Shown here: positions 57,901-64,000 of the stretch, piece after piece
Position numbering within the stretch: the stretch's first letter is position 1
Layout: each line of letters opens with the position of its first letter
Assembly: GCA_013416795.1 (NCBI GenBank)
Contig: RQSC01000029.1
Span: 556,373-620,372, forward strand
Length of the DNA stretch: 64,000 nucleotides
DNA from: Prasinococcaceae sp. CCMP 1430
Lineage: Eukaryota; Plantae; Prasinodermophyta
Direction: 5' to 3'
Notes under the pieces: model-generated
Databases searched by the model: none
Seen by the model: only the letters and a program-made list of their open reading frames with translations
Told to the model about the DNA's origin: nothing
Translations under genes and position numbers: made by a program

Positions 57901-58471
57901 CGCGGCGGAGAGGCCGTGGCGCACGGTGCGCGCGCCCGGGGCCCCGCGCGCGGCCGGGCCGCCGGCCGCTGCCCTTTCCGCGCGTTTTGGGGCGACCGCC
58001 TTCGTTTCGACCTGCGACCTTTCGCGATCGATCGGCGCGCGTCCGGATCCGAAAAGCGACAAAATAAATATCCGCTGCGTGCTCGCTGGCACCGCGCGCG
58101 CGCGCAGCAAAGCGCGCAGCAGACACAGATCACCCGTGGGTAAATACCACGTATGAATGGAGGTGAATCCAACCAATGGTACTATATGGACAATGCATGA
58201 AATGGTATCATGCCTCTCACTGCTGCCTCGCCCAGGCTACCAAGTACTGTACCTACGGCGTTCAAAACTTCGAACCTGCGGAAAAAGGTGGGGTTCGGCC
58301 AGGCGTCGGAAAAAAGCGCGCGCGCCGCCTCGGGGAACTCCCCACGGGAGACTCCCTTTTTCTGTGTGTGTTTGGACTTTTTCCACTTTCAACTTTCAAG
58401 AAACGGTGGGAGGCACCTTCGGGAGTCGGGTCGGCTCCGGGGGACCCCCGCCTGCGGGCGGCGCGCGCGCT

Positions 58472-59630
58472 GAGTTCGTCTGCACCGGCACGCCCTTTCA
58501 CCCGCAGCGGCTCTGGACGGCCCTCTTCCAGGGCCCGCTGGCGGCGAGCGTGCGCTGCTCGTGCGGCACGCTGTGGATTGCCGCGCGGCCGCACGTGACC
58601 TGGCGAGTGGCGACCGCCGACGTGTGGATACGCATCGAGGCGGATCGAGGGGACGCGTGCGGTGGCGGCAGCGGCGCGGCGGCGATGCAGCTCGCGCAAC
58701 GGGGTCAGCGCTTGCACGTCAGCGTGGCGAGCCCCGATGACGGAGTCCGCGTGCGAGAGATCCTGCAGGGGTGCCTGCTCACAGACGCGGAGCTGGGCTG
58801 GGGCCCCGCACTCTGGGAGAGGTGCGCGCGCGCCATGCGCGACGCGCGCGCTCGCGCGTGGACGGACCCCACGCGCGAGCGAGCGCCCGTTCGTTCGTGC
58901 CCGCTCTCCCGGAGCGCTGACCTCGCGCGCTCGACCGCGCGCGTCCCAGCCGCCTGGCGAACCCATTCTTCCCCCTCGAGCGCCGCGACAACGCGGAGGG
59001 CGTCCTCGCGGCGGCGGCGACGGCGAGCTTGCCGGCGGCAGAGACTGCCGCTGTGAAAGCAGCAGCAGCAAAGGCGGCCCAGGCGCAGGGGCTGTTCCCT
59101 TGGAGGTGCGGGCCCGCGGCGCTCGCGGCGGGCGACACGCGCGGCGGGCATCGCCGCGCGGCGCTGGCGCGGACACCGCGATGCCTGCACGCCCGGAGGC
59201 TGACACCGCGCGCCTCCTGCTTGCGCGTCCCCTGCGCGGGCCACCTCACAGCAAGCGCGCGTGCCCCAACACCGATCTCTTCAGCTCGCCTGCCGCCACC
59301 GACGCCACCGAGGGCAGCTCCGACGTGAGCGAGCAGAGCGCGGAGCGCGGAGGGCGCGCGGCCGGCGGCGTGCGGCAAAACATGCTGCTGCCCATCGGCG
59401 CGAAGAAGGCTCGCCTGAAGCCCATCCGCGTGCTGCGCCGACGCAAGCGCGAGCTCGAGGCGATGGTGGCCACCGACACCCTGTCGTCGCTCGCGATGCA
59501 AGAGGCGCGCGACGAGCTGGCCGCCCTGCGCGGGGAGCTCGCCGCGCTCGCCGGCCCAGGCGACGGCTTCGAGGAGGCGGGCAACAGCGGCGACCTCGAC
59601 ACGCCCATGGCCGCGGCTGACGAGCGATGA
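58472..59630 (+). CDS. CobW_C (COG0523 C-terminal)-like domain protein with a coiled-coil tail; two probable introns; GTPase domain not seen
   Basis: FVCTGTPFHPQRLW, VRCSCGTLWIAARP, GCLLTDAELGWGPALWE|RLANPF match the CobW_C pattern (PFHP.RL, RSKG.FWLA.RP, CLLTD.E..GP..W..L.DPF). Confidence 0.6.
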
Positions 59631-59729
59631 CGCGCACATGTCGCGCATGCACTGCACTTCGCACGGAACGGACTGTACCATCCCTCTGTCCTGTAAAAAA
59701 AGTAATTACGTCAAAATGCATGGGAAAAG

Positions 59730-60450
59730 TTACGGGGCAGCCTCGGCGCGCGTGCGCAGTGCGCCGTCGGCGTCCCTCCTCACTATGTCCGCGCCGAAGA
59801 CCGGCGCGCTCCCGTCCACGCTCACCGCCAGGTACAGCACCATCTCACCCATCTCGGGCTCGTACGGGGGCTCCATGAGCTGCGCGCGCTCGGCGTGCGT
59901 GAGCGACGCCGCGTCCGCTGTGAGCCCGAGCAGGCGCACGTGGTCGGCGCCCGCGCCCACCATGGACACGTACTCGTCTTCGTCCGGAAAGGGCACGCCG
60001 CCGCCGCCCTGCTCTCCGGCGCCCGGGGCCTCTTCGCCAACGAGCAGGGCGCGCGGCAGGTACCACATCCGCAGTCGGCTCTCGATGAGTTGCACGTGGT
60101 CCACGCCGCCGCCCTTGCCGCCGGCGCTCCCCTTGGACGCGCGGCCGCTGCCAAAGCCGGCACCCGCGCCGCGAGCCTTGGAGGCGTACTCGGCGAAGAC
60201 CAGCACCGCGCCACGCCCGCATTGCTCGTATCCTCGCAGGTGCATGTCGTGCATCGCGTGCGCGGCGGCTCCCTCGCCCTTCGGGCGCCTGATACGCCTG
60301 CAGCCGTGGCCGCACGCGCAGTCGAACGCGCGGTCCCAGAAGAGCGCGAGGTCGTCGTACGGCCAGCTCGCGCCGCGCGAACGCGAGCCGCTCTCCCGCG
60401 GCGCCTCCTCGCCGGCCTTGCCGGCCTTGCCGGCCTTGCCGGCTCCTGGC
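59730..60450 (-). CDS. Hypothetical protein, 5' truncated
   Basis: High-GC3 open frame YDDLALFWDRAFDCACGHGC..LYLAVSVDGSAPVFGADIV; no family recognised. Confidence 0.5.
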
Positions 60451-60574
60451 GCGGGCGCGACGCGCGCGCGTTCGTGGCCGCGACGGCGCCGGGGGCGCCG
60501 CCCGCCCGCACTCCCTCGCGTCGATCGCGTCGCTGGCGCGCGGCACGCCCGCGCAGCGCCGGTCGACCGCCTCC

Positions 60575-60925
60575 AAGTTCTTCTACAGGGTCCTGGTCCT
60601 GGCGTCCAACGCGTACATCAGGGTGGACCAGGACGAGCCCTACGCGGACGTGAAGTTGGAGAACGGGATCAACTTCTGGTCCGGTGCGTCGTGCGGCGGG
60701 TCGCCTGGGGGGCCTGGTGCTGGTGGTGTGCCTGGTGGCGGCGTGCCTGGTGGGAGGGGGGGGGCAGTCGCGGCCTGCTGAGGGACGGCGAGCTGCTAGG
60801 TTTCTTCTACTACAGGGTCCTGGTCCTAAGTTCTTATTGAAGGGATCTGGTCCTGACGTCCAACGCGTACATCAGGGTGGGCCAGGACGAGCCCTACGCG
60901 GACGCTGAAGGACGGCGAGCTGGCG
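60575..60925 (+). pseudogene. Degenerate, internally duplicated coding fragments
   Basis: TTCTACAGGGTCCTGGTCCT and TCCAACGCGTACATCAGGGTGG.CCAGGACGAGCCCTACGCGGACG each occur twice; the first copy reads KFFYRVLVLASNAYIRVDQDEPYAD, the second has stops. Confidence 0.5.
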
Positions 60926-60969
60926 TCCCATCGTTTTTGACTGCGCACAACAATGTACCTGGTACCGCA

Positions 60970-61075
60970 TACCATCACTACTACTACTACTACATGCTAC
61001 TTGCTACTACTACTGCTGCTGCTGCTGCTGCTCATGATTACCACTGCTACGGCACTACTAGGACTACTACTCGAG
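60970..61075. repeat. (TAC)n/(CTG)n compound microsatellite
   Basis: Direct reading of the sequence. Confidence 0.85.
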
Positions 61076-61408
61076 TGGCGAGGACGGCGGGCGAGGCGAG
61101 CGTCGCCGAGAGGCACGCAGAGCGACGCGAGCGCTGCCGAGGCCGCGACTTGGAAGCCCACTCACGGGGACACCCACTCATTATTACTACAGCAACGACT
61201 TCTTCTTGAATGCACGAACGCAGCCCGACACTCACTAGAGCCGCCGTTCGAGCTCTTATTCTGCCGCATGTAAGGGGAGACTTCGAACGCGCGCGCGAGG
61301 GAGGGGAGGGGGGGGGACGTGGGCGGGGGGGGGGGCGCTGCATTCCCCTTGCCCGCGCTAAAGGGCGGAGGAACAAGACGAGGACATCTGTCGTATACTC
61401 ACCTCGTG

Positions 61409-61693
61409 TATGTCCCCGATGAGCATCATGATCTGATCAAGCAGGCGCTCAAAACGCGAGGGGCGCCTCCGCCGCCACCGAAGCTCCCGAGGATCAACTC
61501 GCCAACTGCGCAGATGTACGAGATCTACTACGCCGCCTCGCTCCGTCGACGAGCGTTGAGGCTCGCCCTACGCTCGATGAACACGTCGGAAGGCGACTTC
61601 GTGGTAGAAAACTGCCTCGCGACGGCCGAGCAAGAGCATCATCGAGAGCGTATGATGCGATACGAAGCAAGGGCAGAGCTGGCGGCCGTGTAA
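61409..61693 (+). CDS. Telomere-linked ORF of unknown function (94 shared codons; 5' end upstream and unresolved)
   Basis: YVPDEHHDLIKQALK..MMRYEARAELAAV*; differences from copy B are 6 synonymous and 1 V/I. Confidence 0.7.
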   Translation, partial: YVPDEHHDLIKQALKTRGAPPPPPKLPRINSPTAQMYEIYYAASLRRRALRLALRSMNTSEGDFVVENCLATAEQEHHRERMMRYEARAELAAV

Positions 61694-62122
61694 TGGTACG
61701 TCCGGTGCGCATACCTACAAGCCTCAGCGTGCCCGTCCCTATAACCCCCCCCCCCTTGCGTTGAGTGTCCGGCGAACAGCCGCCGAGCATTCCGACGCTG
61801 CCTCAGAGCGCCAACAGCGGCATCAATCGTCCTCTCGCCCCTCATGACCCCCTCGGCCTCCCTCAGCGCTCTCCCCCCTGCCCCCTACACCTCCCTCAGC
61901 CCGAATGGCTGCCTCGCGAGTCGACCCTGAAAAACCCTAACCCTGAAAAATCGAAAAACGCGGATGCGTCTGCAATATCTAAATAGCGCGATCCGCGTTC
62001 CATCAACCCTAAGAACCCTAACCCTCGCGATCGGAAACCCTACCATCGACCCGAACTCAAACCCAATCCTAAATATCTCAACCCTGAAAATCCGAATACT
62101 AATAATCAATAGGACTGGATAC
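61409..62122 (+). repeat. Subtelomeric element copy A (714 bp shared core)
   Basis: Colinear with 62747-63559; ends GGACTGGATAC immediately before telomeric repeats. Confidence 0.93.
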
Positions 62123-62299
62123 TAGGGTCTAGGGTCTAGGGTTTAGGGTTTAGGGTTTAGGGTTTAGGGTTTAGGGTTTAGGGTTTAGGGTTTAGGGTTT
62201 AGGGTTTAGGGTTTAGGGTTTAGGGTTTAGGGGTTTAGGGTTTAGGGTTTAGGGTTTAGGGTTTAGGGTTTAGGGTTTAGGGTTTAGGGTTAGGGTTTA
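62123..62299 (+). repeat. Telomeric tract (TTTAGGG)n with proximal TCTAGGG variants, followed by an N gap
   Basis: Direct reading of the sequence. Confidence 0.97.
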
Positions 62300-62427
62300 N
62301 NNNNNNNNNNNNNNNNNNNNNNNNNNNNNCCACCTCACCCTCCCTCCCCGCCCCCCGCGCGCGCCCCTCCTCTCGCACGTACGCCCGCCCCGGCGCTCGC
62401 GCGCCCCAGCCGCGGGGTGCAGCAGCC

Positions 62428-62570
62428 ATGTCCAAACTCGTGAAGGTCTGGGGTGAGCTCACGCGCAACGCGAAGCTGGTCATCGTGGTCGCCGCGTTGC
62501 AGGGCATGAGCGACAGCGTGTGGTCGGGGACCGTGTGCGCGGCGTACCTGTACGCGCTCACCGGAAACAA
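62428..62570 (+). CDS. First exon of a probable MFS transporter, orphaned between two telomere tracts
   Basis: MSKLVKVWGELTRNAKLVIVVAALQGMSDSVWSGTVCAAYLYALTGNN followed by a GTGCGT donor; the rest of the gene is absent. Confidence 0.5.
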
Positions 62571-62746
62571 CGTGCGTGGCGCGCGCGCGGCGCGCGCACG
62601 CGCCACAGCGCCCGCCCTGCCGCGAGCCGCGATCGCCACGATGCCGCAGGCAGCAGTCGAACCCCATCCGGAGCAACTTGCCACTGAGGACTTAGTCCCG
62701 GCGGCCGGCCGGGCTGTCGTGCAGCTGGCGCTGCGCGGCGAGAAGC

Positions 62747-63559
62747 TATGTCCCCGATGAGCATCATGATCTGATCAAGCAGGCGCTCAAAACGCGAGGG
62801 GCGCCTCCGCCGCCACCGAAGCTCCCGAGGATCAACTCGCCAACTGCGCAGATGTACGAGATCTACTACGCCGCCTCGCTGCGTCGTAGAGCGTTGAGGC
62901 TCGCCCTACGTTCGATGAACACGTCGGAAGGCGACTTCGTAATAGAAAACTGCCTCGCGACGGCCGAGCAAGAGCATCATCGAGAGCGTATGATGCGATA
63001 CGAAGCAAGGGCAGAGCTGGCGGCTGTGTAATAGCGTCATCGAGAGCGTATGATGCGATACGAAGCAAGGGCAGAGCTGGCGGCTGTGTAATGGTACGTC
63101 AAGTGTGCATACCAACAAGCCTCAGCGTGCCCGTCCACATAAAAACCGCCCCCTTGCGTCGAGTGTCCGGCGAACAGCCGCCGAGCATTCCGACGCTGCC
63201 TCAGAGCGCCAACAGTCCGTCGAGCCTTCCGACGCTGCCTCAGAGCGCCAACAGCGCCATCAATCATCCTCTCGCCCCTCATGACCCCCTCGGCCTCCCT
63301 CAGCGCTCTCCCCCCTGCCCCCTACGCCTCCCTCAGCCCGAATGGCTGCCTCGCGAGTCGACCCTGAAAAACCCTAACCCTGAAAAATCGAAAAACGCGG
63401 ATGCGTCTGCAATATCTAAATAGCGCGATCCGCGTTCCATCAACCCTAAGAACCCTAACCCTCGCGATCGGAAACCCTACAATCCACCCGAACTCAAACC
63501 CAATCCTAAATATCTCAACCCTGGAAATCCGAATACTAATCATCAATAGGACTGGATAC
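62747..63559 (+). repeat. Subtelomeric element copy B (813 bp = 714 + 60 + 39 bp tandem duplications); ORF 62747-63031
   Basis: Colinear with copy A apart from the two tandem duplications; same telomere junction. Confidence 0.93.
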
Positions 63560-64000
63560 TAGGGTTTAGGGTCTAGGGTCTAGGGTCTAGGGTTTAGGGT
63601 CTAGGGTCTAGGGTTTAGGGTTTAGGGTTTAGGGTTTAGGGTTTAGGGTTTAGGGTTTAGGGTTTAGGGTTTAGGGTTTAGGGTTTAGGGTTTAGGGTTT
63701 AGGGGTTTAGGGTTTAGGGTTTAGGGTTTAGGGTTTAGGGTTTAGGGTTTAGGGTTTAGGTTTAGGGTTTAGGGTTTAGGGTTTAGGGTTTAGGGTTTAG
63801 GGTTTAGGGTTTAGGGTTTAGGGTTTAGGGTTTAGGGTTTAGGGTTTAGGGTTTAGGGTTTAGGGTTTAGGGTTTAGGGTTTAGGGTTTAGGGTTTAGGG
63901 TTTAGGGTTTAGGGTTTAGGGTTTAGGGTTTAGGGTTTAGGGTTTAGGGTTTAGGGTTTAGGGTTTAGGGTTTAGGGTTTAGGGTTTAGGGTTTAGGGTT
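63560..64000 (+). repeat. Terminal telomere (TTTAGGG)n with proximal TCTAGGG variants
   Basis: About 60 units running to the window end. Confidence 0.99.

Noticed and set aside
58131-58353. MITE bounded by CCCGTGGG/CCCACGGG
   Set aside because: The inverted match is only 8 bp with no target-site duplication; better explained as two motif copies flanking a promoter.
61691-61920. TAA read-through or a non-standard genetic code extending the telomeric ORF
   Set aside because: Substitutions after the stop are largely non-synonymous in that frame, and H3 and RPS4 use TAA as a normal stop.
61765-61986. Second ORF in the subtelomeric element (..TLKNPNPEKSK*) and antisense ORF 61885-62109
   Set aside because: Differences between copies are mostly non-synonymous, and copy A has a stop (TGA) where copy B reads through.
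61933-62025. Telomerase RNA gene (template-like AACCCTAACCCT)
   Set aside because: The words template TTAGGG, not TTTAGGG; they are multiple and degenerate, and no supporting promoter or structure is visible.

Overview
Eukaryotic, very GC-rich nuclear DNA from a green alga. This is inferred from TTTAGGG telomeres, a starch glucan-water dikinase, plastid-type genes, GTGCG/CTGAC/CAG introns and TGTAA poly(A) signals; the species cannot be named from the sequence. The window is a gene-dense chromosome arm ending in telomere, with about 30 mostly housekeeping genes and a 5'-truncated LSU rRNA. The assembly is fragmented: four N-runs, four single Ns, and several head-to-head gene pairs that lose both 5' ends at one point. 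Best leads: (1) a 714/813-bp telomere-abutting element present twice, whose 94-codon ORF differs by 6 synonymous changes and 1 Val/Ile change, i.e. an unknown telomere-linked protein apparently under purifying selection; (2) an intronless histone H3 ending in a non-canonical stem-loop plus a fixed-spacing CAGAG element, conserved in a second H3 3' copy; (3) a recurrent intergenic TCTCCCGTGGG(T) motif in the rDNA 3' spacer and at promoters; (4) a membrane pyrophosphatase with Na+-pump signatures; (5) a plant-type NEK kinase fused to CAP-Gly. All family calls come from motif recognition by eye; no searches were run.
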